DNA of 54,650 nucleotides, filler included, from Jimgerdemannia flammicorona (Eukaryota): the NCBI GenBank assembly GCA_003990765.1. It is 2 parts of 2 records of this genome, joined end to end, with 100 filler letters (N's around TTAATTAATTAA, not from the genome) between each part and the next. Parts side by side here need not be neighbours in the genome. Positions count along the whole stretch, not along the records: positions 27,380 to 54,650 come from RBNJ01000645.1; 1 more part is not named here. One strand, written 5' to 3'. Every line of letters begins with the position of its first letter. Within the stretch, counting starts at the first letter, position 1. Both the position numbers and the translations under genes were made by a program. This document shows, one piece after another, positions 36,901 to 48,530 of the stretch. The notes below the pieces were generated by a model. That model did no database searches. It was not told the DNA's origin and worked only from the letters and a program-made list of their open reading frames with translations.

Positions 36901-38218
36901 TCTAGAAAGAGTGGTTCATGGATTACTTCTCCTTGTTCACTAAGGTAATAATACATTGGGACTTCATCACCATCTCACAGGATTGCATCATTTGTCTCAT
37001 ATGCTGGATAAGGTGTTGGTGGGCAAAAGAGTAGTGCATTGTCTTCGCTTTCATCGGATTTGCTATTTGTATATCTTTTATAGATTACAGTACTATTAGT
37101 CACAGGGTTGTAGTAAGCTGGTGGCTGTGGTTCATATCACTTGTACTCAGGTGGTAGAGTTGTTGGTTCGATCTCAAGGGTTGTCTGAAGATACAGATTG
37201 TGTTCTCCAGTCTCTTCATTATAGTTGAAGTAATCAGAGGTGAATGCAGATTAGTATTCATGCTAGTGGTCATTGTCCCAATAAGTTTTGTATGTGGTTA
37301 TGAACTATTGTAAATTCATCAGCAAGGTTGGCAGTGTGATCAGGGTTGGTAGAGATCCTTGGCTTAATGTTATGTCAGCATCAGAGAGATCATTGTCTTC
37401 TGCTTTGTCTTCATAAAATTGGATTATATCATAGATGTCCTTCATAGTATATCCAACTTAGGGCATTTGTAGGATGTGGTCATTAGGGTGTAGGAAGGTT
37501 TTGTCTGTGGTCTCAACATACTTGAGATACTTTTGGTTGAGTTCTTGTATCATGTCATCGATTTGGCCATAGGATAAGGTAGCAACCATTTCACTGATAG
37601 TAACTTGGAGGCGAGGAATAATGGTGCTGTACTCATAAAAGAGTTCTCAGTATTTGCAGGCAATGAGCTTCTAGTGTTGAGATATCTAGGTAATGTCCAT
37701 GTCATGGTGGTGTTCAACTATGTCTTCTAGGAGATGTCTGATCTAGTAGTAGCTTGAGATTTGTCCAATCCAGTGGATCTCATTAAGCATGTTCAGAGTG
37801 TTCCATCAGCTTCTATGAAGTAGAGGGGTGCTAGGCTATGGATATTCATGAGGGGCAGAGAGGGTGTGGCTTGGTTGGCAATGGCATTCCAAATATCAGC
37901 ACAGATGCAGTTGTAGATCTCAGTGGTCATGTTTGTATGTTCCGAAGTTATAGTTGTTGTTTGTTTTAGTTCTCTGTTTTGATATGTCTTGGTGCTCGGT
38001 ATATATACATTTGGTTCTGATTGATAAGATTTTATTTGTGTGAATCTTGTGTTCTATGACTTCATATTGACTCAGCTTTGTGCACTGTGACTTCAGTTTA
38101 ACTCAGCTTCATGATTGTGCAGATGATTTTCAGATTTGTTTGGAGGTCGCACATGATTTTGGTAGCTTGTTCAGAGGGTGATATGTGATTTCTGTGGCTT
38201 GAAGGTTGTGTGCTTACA
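33913..38218 (-). mobile_element. Family C element, copy 1: 5' LTR 36158-38218, PBS, gag; 3' part replaced by the poly(A) retroposon; inserted in the RT of element D
   Basis: LTR TGTAAG...CTTACA; PBS TGGTAGCAGC at 36145-36154. Gag from ATG 36118 with decayed knuckle YFYCQKTGHMASAY at ~34218-34260. Confidence 0.9.
36834..37930 (-). pseudogene. LTR-encoded accessory ORF of family C, copy 1
   Basis: Colinear with 44390-45487; several stops and a 1-nt deletion. Confidence 0.85.
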
Positions 38219-41200
38219 GTATGAATTCTAGTTTAATTGATGAGGTGTCCTAAGTAGGCAATTTCCTGGGCTACAAACTTGTATTTCTTAGGCTTGATGT
38301 AGAGGTCATGCTTCTTGAGCTTCTTGAGAGCTAGCTGTATGTGATTGATATATTCCTGTGTAGTGTTACTGAAGATGATTATATCATCAACATAGACAAA
38401 GAGCCATTTTCCAATCTTGTTATTGAAGACTCTGTTCATCATTCACTGAAAACTTGCTGGGGTATTGTATATTCCAAATGGCATTCACAGGTAGATATAG
38501 GTGGCATCAGGTATGATGAAGGCTGATTTCTCACTAGCATCTTGAGTAAGACTAATCTGATGAAAGCCTGAGAACAGACCCAAGGTGGTGTAGTATTTGG
38601 CTTCACTTCCAAGAGTGATAAGAATTTCTTGAATATTTGGCAAAGGCTGTCTATTCTTCTTGGTAATTGTATTGAGCTTCTTGTAATCAATATAGAGTCT
38701 TGATGTAAACTCTCCAGGCTTACTTCTTTCTTTGGAGCAAGGACAATGAGTGAAGCCCAGGGACTGATAGCTTACTTGATAATTCTGGCTTCTTCCATTT
38801 TCTTGAGTTCTGCTTGCAGTTATTCTCTGTAGACAGGTGGTATAGGTCTGGCTTTCTGGTAGATGGTCTTGGTATCACCAGTATCAACTTTGTGATAATA
38901 CTTGGATTTTTGATTGTAGATATCTCTGAAGTCTGTAGCAAGTACTCCTTTATTCTGATACAGGATCTTGAGAAGTTATTCTTCTAGGGGAAAGTTTTCT
39001 CCAATGGTATATATATGCTTATTCTGATCTCTGTCTTTCTTGTACTCAAGTTCAGTAATCTTGGTGGTAGCATAGGCTCCTCTTCTAGTAGATCCAAAGC
39101 CTTGTTCTCCTCTCTTGGTCTTGATGAGTTCGATGGCTTCAGTGATCTTAGGCTTCTTGATTTTGTAGATCAGCATCTGGCCAATCCTGTCATACTTCTT
39201 GATTTTGAATAGGGTGGTGGGGTTGTGATTCCTGATTATAAGGAAGATCTTGCCAGTATAATCAGAGTCAATTATTCTTCCTTCAACTGAGATTTCACTT
39301 TTGGTCAGACTGCTCCTGGTTTTGATAATTCTGTCATGGTTTTCTAGCAACTTGACTCCAATTCTAGTGCCAAGTAGGGTGGTGGTCTGTGGTTTGAGGG
39401 TAGCATCTTGAATGCTGATAAGGTCCATTCCTATGGCTCCTTCAGTCTTGTATTCTGGGATCTTGGCTTCAGGGTAAAACTTCTTGACCTTGAGAGTGAT
39501 GTCTGATTCTTGTTCCTCCTCATTGTCACTGTTAGCCTGAAGCTCAGGGGACTGGTCATCTTCTTCAGCTTTCCTTTTTGCTTCAGCAGCTTCTTGCTCA
39601 TATTTCTGTTGACAGATTTTCCTGACTTCACTGATACAGGACCAGTAGTCATTCAGGTGTTCAGAGCAGTACATTCTAATACCATAGTATCTTTCTTGAG
39701 AGGCATAGCCATTAATGATCTTATTGTACTACTACTCATCTGTGAGCTTGAGTGTCTTGTTCTTATTCTTGTTCTTGTTCACTGAGTGTATGAAGACTTC
39801 AGTGTCCTCTTTATCTCCTTCCTCTATATCTAATAGGACTTCTTTGTAGATATTGATAGAGACTTATATCTTTCTTTCTCTATAGTTGATCTGTATCTTC
39901 TGAGCATTGAGGTCAATGATGGCCTTGGCCTTGTGAAGCCATTGGTTGCCAATAAGAATGTCATAGTTAGTGGTGCTTGTAACAATCACATCTACTGAGA
40001 TAGTAGCTCCTCCTATCTTGATGGAGACTTCTCAGATTTTGCTAAGAAGGATAGCTCATGTACCATCTGCTGTAACATAGACCATCTTGGTTATCTCAGC
40101 CTAGACAGCCAATTGCCTTCTTGCTCATAAGATATCCTCCAGGACTGGTATCAATGATGGCATCAAAGATACAATCTTCAATCTGATATGGAGTATAGGC
40201 TGATGTCTTGTGCTGATCTTCAGATTCTTTACCTAAGTCTTCTGATTCTTTCTATACATTGTGAGCTTCTACAATCTTGTACTCTTGATTTTTGATAGTA
40301 GTTGCAAGTTCTACTCTTAACTGCTGTCTGAAGGCAGGGACTTCAACTAGCTGTCCAAAAGTAGTATTGACCTTCTGTTCCTTGAGGTCCTTATAGATAT
40401 CATACTAGTGGATCTTGGTCTTGCACAGCTTCTATTCCTTCTTACTTTCACTTTCTCCTAAGACTGGAGTAGTGCTTTCAATAATTTAGTAGGCAGCTTC
40501 ATCTAACTCCATATCTTGATCAATCTCCTTGGTTTGAGTTTTGCTTTGAATAGTAATAGCTGGGGTCTTCTTTAGTCTTCCAACTGGCTTGCTGTTACTC
40601 TTCTTATCATAGGGCTTAGACTGGGTTCTGGTACCTTCAGTAGCAGGGTAGAATTCAAGCTCTTTATAGTATTCTTCATCATCAGTATTACTAATCTCCT
40701 TGATGACTACACATTGGTTTGTTCTCTGGTTCTGCTAGTATTGCTTGGTTGGGCTTTGCATCTTATTTTGGTCATGCAATTCTTTACATAGTGGCCTTCT
40801 TCTCTACATCTAAAGCATGTGATATTATATTCTTTTATAGCAGCTGCAAATCTCTACACTGGTCTCCTGTGAGCACTTCAGACTTCTCTAACAACATTAC
40901 CAAAATGTATAGTCATCTCAGCGAACTGCTTGGTAAGTTCCTCCACTGGGTTAGCTTTAGTTGTCTTGGGGGTAGGTGGGAATAGTTGTCTATTTACAAC
41001 TGTGGCAGGTATGATACTAGTTAGCTTTGATGGCTCTATCTTAATACTAGTTATTTTCTCTATTGAGTGTTTGGCAGAGTATCTGGTAGTCTAATATCTC
41101 TGTGCAAAGACCACTTTCTGATCAAGGGTCAGTACAGCTGGAGTAGACTGGATTGTTAGGGCAATTTCAGAGTGAACTCTTTTGAGAAAGGTTGAATCTG

Positions 41201-41833
41201 CTATTTTTTCCTTAAGGGTATCATCATAGCCAGCCAAGACAATCTGATGGCAGATTTAGGTATAGAATGAGTTTGGATCTTCACTGAGTCTCTGGCAGAT
41301 AGTATTGAGTTAATCCTTGAGAGCTTGCTTGATCTCTTCAGTATAGTATGTTGTTCTAATATATTGGCAAGTTTGGCTGCACTATTATCAGCAATAGTGA
41401 CTATATTGAACTTATCTCTAGCAGGTCCTCTGAGGCTGACTGGTAGAAGGACCAATTGTGTATCTACACCAAGAGCTTATATGGTGGTGAATTGTTCAAA
41501 GTCTTCAATAAAGGTCAGGATTGACTCTTTAGTAGTATATCTATAGAATGTGGAGGGGCATATTTCCATCTTGTCTTGAATTCTTACAGGAGCGACTCTT
41601 ATAGTTAGAGTAGTTATTATGGGAGTTATTTGTTTTTCAGCTTGAAAGTAAGAGATTTGTCTTATATCACTAGCTAATGGGCACCAAGTTGTTATGTAGT
41701 AGTCACTGAGTCCTTCAAATATACCAGATTCTCTTCAAGGTATATCTCTTAGACTAACTCAAGTTTGTTATAAGTAAGTTCTTATTAGAGTATCTTCCCA
41801 AGGTCTTATAGTCCTCAAACTTCTTATCTTTAA
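38219..41833 (-). mobile_element. Ty3/gypsy family D fragment: U5 end (41690-41833), PBS, gag, PR, dUTPase, RT; truncated on both sides by family C insertions
   Basis: PBS TGGTGCCCAT at ~41677-41686; ICPSTF...FIEDFE gag start; AIIDTS protease at ~40145-40165; RT SPWAS, MPFGI and YVDD. Confidence 0.9.
39090..39490 (-). pseudogene. dut: dUTPase domain of element D (between PR and RT)
   Basis: AIGMDL, TRSSL, IIDSDYTG, RIGQM and RGEQGFGST in ORF 38976..39674. Confidence 0.93.
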
Positions 41834-43711
41834 TATAAGTACACAACCTCCAAGCCACCAAAATCACATATCATCCTCAGAACCAATTTGGAAACTACAT
41901 GCAAGACTATAAAACAAGTTACTGAAGAGATCATCTGGTTATACAAAATATGCCAGCAAGCATGAGAACCTACCACTAAGATATAAGAATACCAGAAGAA
42001 GTACTATAACTATAAGACTGACTCTAGATCTCTATAACTAGTTTGATGTACTATACTATTATAATAGGAAATCAAAAGTACCAAAACTCAAACTGAGATA
42101 AGAAGAATCCTATCTTATCCATCAAAGATTCATGAATTGCACTTATCAACTCAAGACTAAAATATACTATAACCATATAAGACCTCATTACTTAGCAGAA
42201 GTAAACTATATTTGAATAACTTTGTTCACTCTATCTATATTACCTGTTAGAGATGGATGCTTCATCTGAACTCAAGAAAGCTGACATTGTCAAAACCAAT
42301 CTCAAGCTATCCATGTGATAGATATTACTACTAGAAATTGCCTTAGATTATAGAAAATATCATTTCCAAGAGGTTCAAACCCCCAGCTGCAACATTGGGA
42401 GCCCTTATTCTAGACAAGGATAGCCAGTCCTTGCAAATATACCAGCAGGCTAAAAAAAAAGAGAACCAAGACCTATTATCCTTGTACAACCACTATCACC
42501 AAGGATAGTCTTAATCTTGCAAGAGATAGAAGTGACGACATCTTGGAAACTAATGATGTCAGAAGTCAGAAAACTGCTCAGACTTTGCCAGAGATGATAT
42601 CATCAATAGTGATATCATCAAAGACTAACCAGACAGTACCTAAATCTATAAATAGCTTAGCAGTCATAGTATAGTTAGATTAGTCTTATATAACGTGACT
42701 GTAAACTAACTCAGTAGCCAGATGATTCCTTGATATGTCAGATCACACTTGTACTATATGACTACATTTTGACTCAGTAAGACACTAAGTGCTATATCCA
42801 TATTTAGTATAGTCCAGATAGCCCCTCACTAGTATAAATACCCTCTCTTCCAGACCTCAGAATCTCAGACTAGAACAGACTTGAACAATCCAAACACAAC
42901 TCCTGAGCACTTCTCCACAATATCTCTTCACACAACTACTCCTAGTATAGTAATATCATAAATAGTGAATAAACCTATTTAATAACCCACCAATCACTCT
43001 TAAGTAAATCCACTTTCTGTTAGATCTCACTCTTAACCCCATTATGAAATTTCCTAATTAGATATTGTCTATAGTGATATACTAATTCAACTAAGCTGGT
43101 CTTAGTTTCTTGAACTTCCTGAAATACAGAAAATCCTGAATATCCAGAACTAGTCCAAAAAAGGACTTTGGTTGAGACATCAATCCAATCTTGAAATCAA
43201 TAAGCATAGAGGATATACTCCATATGAAATTGATCTTAACCTTAAGAAAACAGTCTTCCAGAATATCCAGAACTTCCAGAAAAACCCTTCCAGAACTATG
43301 TAATAGTTACTCTAATAAGTAACCCTCTTATGACTTGGTAGTAGTAGTTTACAATCCAATTCCACTTCAAGATACTTCCTCACCTTGCTACAAACCCCTC
43401 TGTGAATTCCTATAAGTTAGTATAAAGCCCAACCTCTGAACTGGAATTTATCCTAAACTATCTGACAATCTAGAGAGAATTGAACCTGATATATAAGAAC
43501 AATTTGACCTCTACACCTACAACAAGTGAGACAAACTTTACTTAAAGAAAGAAGTACTCCAATTAAATCAGCAGATAGGTGAAACTCTATTTACTGAACT
43601 CCTTGCTCTACATCTAGCAAGTTAAGATGAAGAAGGTCTTATAGAAGCCTTCTTTACTCTTCTCAATAAGAGTTTTGTCAGCTCTATAAATCTGAGCAAC
43701 TTAGGACAACC

Positions 43712-45774
43712 TGTAAGAGGGTTGCTTTTTAGGGTAACCGTTACATAGTTCTGGGAAGATTTTCTGGATATTCTGGATGTTCTGGAAGACCGTTTTCTTA
43801 TGGTCAAGATCAATTTTATATAGAGTACATTCTCTATGCTTATTGATTTCAAGATCAGGTTGACGTCTCAACCAAAGTCCTTTTTTGGACTAGTTCTGGA
43901 TGTTCAGGATTTTCCGTATTTCAGGAAGTTCAAGAAACTAAGACCAGCTTAGTTGAATTGGTGTATCGCTGCAGACAATACCCAATTAGGAAATTTCGTG
44001 ATGGGGTTAGGAGTAGGACCTAACAGGGAGCGGATTTACTTAAGAGTGGTTTGTGGGTTATGAAATAGGTTTATTTGCTATTCATGATATTGCTATACTA
44101 GGAGTATTTGTGTGAAGGGATATTATGGGGAAGTGCTCAGGAGTTGTGTATGGATTGTTCAAGTCTGAGATTCTGAGGTCTGGGGGAGGGGGTATTTATA
44201 CTAGTGAGGGGCTATCTGGACTATACTAGATATGGATATAGCACTAAGTACCTTGCTGAGTCAGAATGCAGTCATATAGTACAAGTGTGATCTGACATGT
44301 TAAGAGATCATCTGACTGCTGAGTCAGTTCACAGTCATGACATACAATGCTAATCTAACTATATTATGACTGCTAGGCTATTTATGGGTTTAGGTGCTGT
44401 CTGGGTAGTCCTCGATGACATCACCATCGATTGCATCATCTCTGATGAAGTAGTCGTCTAGGAAGAGTGGTTCGCAGATTACTTCTCCTTGTTGGCTGAG
44501 ATAGTAATACATTGGAACTTCATCTCCATCCTACAGGATAGCATCGTCTGTTTCGTATGCTGGATAAGATGTTGGTGGGTGAAGGATGGGTGTATTGTCT
44601 TCGCTTTTATCAGATTCACTGTCTGCGTACCTTCTATAGGTTACAGCACTATGAGTTGCGGGGTTGTAGTAAGCTGGCAGCTGTGGTTCATGTTGCTCGT
44701 ACTCAGGTGGTGGAGTGGTTGGTTCAATCTCGAGGGTTGTCTGGAGGTACAGGTTGTATTCTCCGGTCTCTTCATTGTAATTGAAGTAGTCGGGGGTGAA
44801 TGTGGGTTGGTATTCGTGCCAGTGGTCATTGTCCCAATAAGTCTCGTATGCAGTTATGAACTGTTGCAAGTTCATCAGCAAGGTTGGCGGAGTGATCAGG
44901 GTTGGCAGAGATCCTTGGCTAGAGGTCATGTCAGCATCAGAGGGATCATTGTCTTCTGCTTCATCTTCATCGAAGTGGATTATATCGTAGATGTCCTTCA
45001 TGGCATATCTGACTTGAGGCATTTGCAGGATATGGTCATCAGGGTGCGGGAAGGTTCTGTCTGTGGTCTGGACATATTCGAGGTACTTGTGGTTGAGTTC
45101 TTGTACCATGTCGTTGATTTGGCCATAAGAAAGAGTAGCAACCATTTCGCTGGTAGTAACTTGGAGGCGGGGAATAAAGGTGTTGTACTCATAGAAAAGT
45201 TCTTGATGTTTGTGGGTGATGAGCTTCTGGTGTTGAGATATCTGGGTAATATCTGTATCATAGTGGTATTCGACCATGTCTTCTAGGAGGCGGCCAATCT
45301 GGTAGTAGCTTGAGATTTGTCCAATTCGGTGGGCCTCGCTAAGTATGTTCAGGGTATTCCATCGGGCTTCTACGAAGTAGAGGGGTGCCAGGCTATGGAT
45401 ATTCATGAGGGGCAGAGGGGGTGTAGCTCAGTTGACAATAGCATTCCAAATGTCAGCACAGATACGGTTGTAGATCTCAGTGGTCATGTTTGTGTGTTTA
45501 GAAGTTGTGGTGTTGTTTGTTTTGATTCTCTGATTCGACGCGTCTCAGTGCTCGGTATATATGCATTTGGTCCTGATTGGTAAGATTCTGTTTATGTAAA
45601 CCTTGTGTTCTGTGACTTTGTATTGACTCAGCTTTGTGTGCTGTGACTTCGGTTTGACTCAGCTTTGTGATCAAGCAGGTGATTTCCAGATTTATTCAGA
45701 GATTGCATGTGATTTCAGTGGCTTGTTCAGAGGGTGACATGTAGTTTCAGTGGCTTGGAGGTTGTGTGCTTACA
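43712..45774 (-). mobile_element. Solo LTR of family C (2063 bp) inserted in the gag of copy 2
   Basis: TGTAAG...CTTACA ends; 5-bp TSD CAACC (43707-43711) / CAATC (45775-45779). The flanks rejoin to the uninterrupted sequence seen at 35780-35795. Confidence 0.95.
44390..45487 (-). pseudogene. LTR(U3)-encoded accessory ORF of family C, best copy (365 codons, two internal stops)
   Basis: ATG 45487 to TAA 44390 in one frame. The TGA at ~45428 is CAA in the other copies and the TAG at 44531-44533 is TGG in the 53620 copy. Includes ORF 44531..45406. Confidence 0.9.
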
Positions 45775-48113
45775 CAATCAGCAGTAGTCTTTCTAGCCTT
45801 AGTTCCTTATGAAGCCCAAGCCTCTGTAGCCAAGTGGCTCAACTCTACTGACTTTCACTATACCAGGACCAAGACTACATTATACTACTGATTCCAGAAT
45901 AGCAAGGCCCACCATATTCTTAAGGAAGAAGCAAGAGAAACCCTGCATCAACAACCTGACCCCAAACCAGAAGCAGGCCCTGCTATAGTCCTATCTGAAC
46001 CCAAAACTAATACCAAACCAGAACTTGACTTTGAATTAAGTTCATCAGAAATCAGATATACAACTAATTCTATCTACTTTAATGCTAAGCAAACTCAATT
46101 ACACAGAGACCAAATTGAAGAAGAGGAGGAGTATCTTAGTAAATTTGATCTTAGATATACCACAGAAGGAGATGTATCTCCATTAGGACAGAATACATCT
46201 ATATAACAACAAATAGCTATCTATCAAGCCCTCACTCCAGACCTACAACTACTACTCTAGCAACTTACACAGACTCAAAGAACTCCATCACACTCTGCAT
46301 CAGTATCTTAAGTAGTCTAGTAACACCACTACCAGTAGTTGTAAGCACACAACCTCTAAGCCACAGAAATCACACATCACCCTTTGAATAAGCCACTGAA
46401 ATCACATGTAACAGCCAAACAAATCTGGAAATCACCTACTCAATCATGAAGCTGAGTCAAACTAAAGTCACAGTATACAAAGCTGAGTCAATATGAAGTT
46501 ACAGAACATAAGATGTATACAAACAGAATCTTACTAATCAGGACCAAATATATATATACTGAGCACTGAGATACATCAAAACAGAGAACCAAAACAAACA
46601 ATAATGTAATATTTTAGCATTGTTTATTCCTTTTCTTTGTCTTTCTTCAATATTCTATGACCTTCTGGTACTTTCCGAATGCTTAGAAATCCTTTCTTGG
46701 TGCCGAGCATTAACTAGTACTTATTTAGTTGGTCACTGAATATCCTGGAAACTTGTAGAACTTTATTTGTCATTATTTATCATCTTTGCTGAGAACTTTC
46801 CTCTTGGCATTTTCCTTTGATTTCTCAGATCCTTCTGGATCCTTCTTTCAGATCTTGTATAAATATTCCCTTTGTTCTCATAAATAAAGTCTCAGAATAT
46901 TTTCTCTCAGAAATCCTTTGAGAACACTTGAATCCTTAGTATCTCTTTAAGCTACTTAGGACTACTAGACTTAGTCACTTTCTCATTTAGAAACTAGAAC
47001 CATTACACTTGGTAGCAGTGGTGAAGTTACACCTAGCCTTATCAAGACACCTCTCAAGATATCAGTCACAACACTATGGAGGACAATGGATGGAACCCTT
47101 CATATAGTACCTATGGTCCAGGCAATGTCTCATATAATCAGTACAATCAGCAAGAAGAAGAGGAACAGCAAAACCCTACTCAGTCGAATGGGGCCATCAA
47201 GAGTCTTTTGCAGACTACATTAGCTCAGATTGCTTAACTTCAAGAATGCATAGAAAGAAAGGAAAGCAAGGTCCCCACTCATACCTCCATACCTCTACCA
47301 ACATCAATACATCTAACAGCAGTCACTATCAAGCCTCAGAAGCCTGACACCTTTGATGGTCAAAGAGGAGGACTGTCTACTGATACCTGGCTTTTCCAAT
47401 TGGAGTAATATGGAGAACTGACCAATTTGGAAGAAGCAACACTAGTCCAATTTGCCACCACACTCCTCTAAGGAAATGCTGCAATCTGGTGGCGAAATTG
47501 TGTCCAGAATACCAGATTCTCTGGCCGAATTAAGACCTGGGGCAAATTCTCTGATACTATTCAAGGCCAATTCAAACCAGTCAATAGCACCAAGGCCACG
47601 CGAGACTGTCTGGTAAATGTCAAACAACTCAAGTCTGTGCAAGTATATAATGCACAATTCCTGTCAATCCTGCTAGAATTACCACATGTCACTGAAGACA
47701 AAAAAGTCGACAAGTACATCTGAGGCCTGAAAGGTCAAACCTGAGTTCATGTTGAACTGGAAGAACCCAAGGACCTAGATACAGCAATGAAAATTGCTGA
47801 TAGGTTTGATGTCATCACCTATGGTCATTACTTTGAATAGAAGAGACTGCCTTTCAACAACAACAATAACCACAGAAGGGAGGAACCCAAAGTCAGAACT
47901 GTTGGACCTGCCCCCATGGATCTAGATACCATCAATAAGAACAAGAAAGGCAAACTTACACCTGAGAAAAAGGAGTACCTCAAGAAGGCTAGAGCCTGCT
48001 TCTTTTGCTGTCAGCCTGGTCACATTGCAACCAAATGTCCCAAGAAAACTGCTGAACCAAAGAGGATTCTGGTCCTGTCCAAAGACACCCAAGGTCAACC
48101 AGTTGAATAAGAA

Positions 48114-48530
48114 GTTGTACTCAATTTCATGCGAGTCAACCCCAAGGCCCAGATCCCTCAAGCATAGTCAGAAGAAGCCATTGGTTTGGACCTTCAAGCA
48201 GTACAACAAGTCACTATTCTGGCACATGAGAGAAGGCTCATTCCAACTAGCCTTTCAGTCAAAATCCCCAAGGAACATTATGCAAGAATTGCACCAAGAT
48301 CTGGCCTCAGTTTCAAGCACTCATTAGATGTTGGTGCTGGAGTCATTGACTCTAACTTCTAAGGTAAAATGCAAGTCCTGCTAGTCAATCACAAGAACCA
48401 ACCATATACCATCAATGAAGGAGACAGAATTGCACAGCTCATTCTGGAGCAAGCCACTCTACCAGTCATTAAAGAAGTCACCAAGCTGTCCTCAACCAAG
48501 CGAGATCAGAAAGGCTTTGGCAGCACTGAC
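48114..48530 (+). pseudogene. dut: dUTPase domain of element E (between the Gag zinc knuckle and the protease)
   Basis: AIGLDL, ARIAPRSGL, GVIDSNF*G, RIAQL and RDQKGFGST; all five motifs present. Confidence 0.95.

Larger units (their letters stand above)
41834..46339 (+). mobile_element. Family C element, copy 2: chimeric 5' LTR 41834-43332, PBS and gag 5' part (split by a solo LTR, ended by another C LTR at 46340)
   Basis: Starts TATAAGTACACAACC (LTR-C start). 42590-43711 and 45775-46339 are the reverse complement of ~35235-36890. PBS TGGTAGTAG at 43336. Confidence 0.85.

Noticed and set aside
44489..45286. 265-aa hydrophobic plus-strand ORF, env-like at first sight
   Set aside because: Antisense shadow of the minus-strand accessory ORF; its Val/Ile/Gly bias follows from the A/C-rich sense strand.
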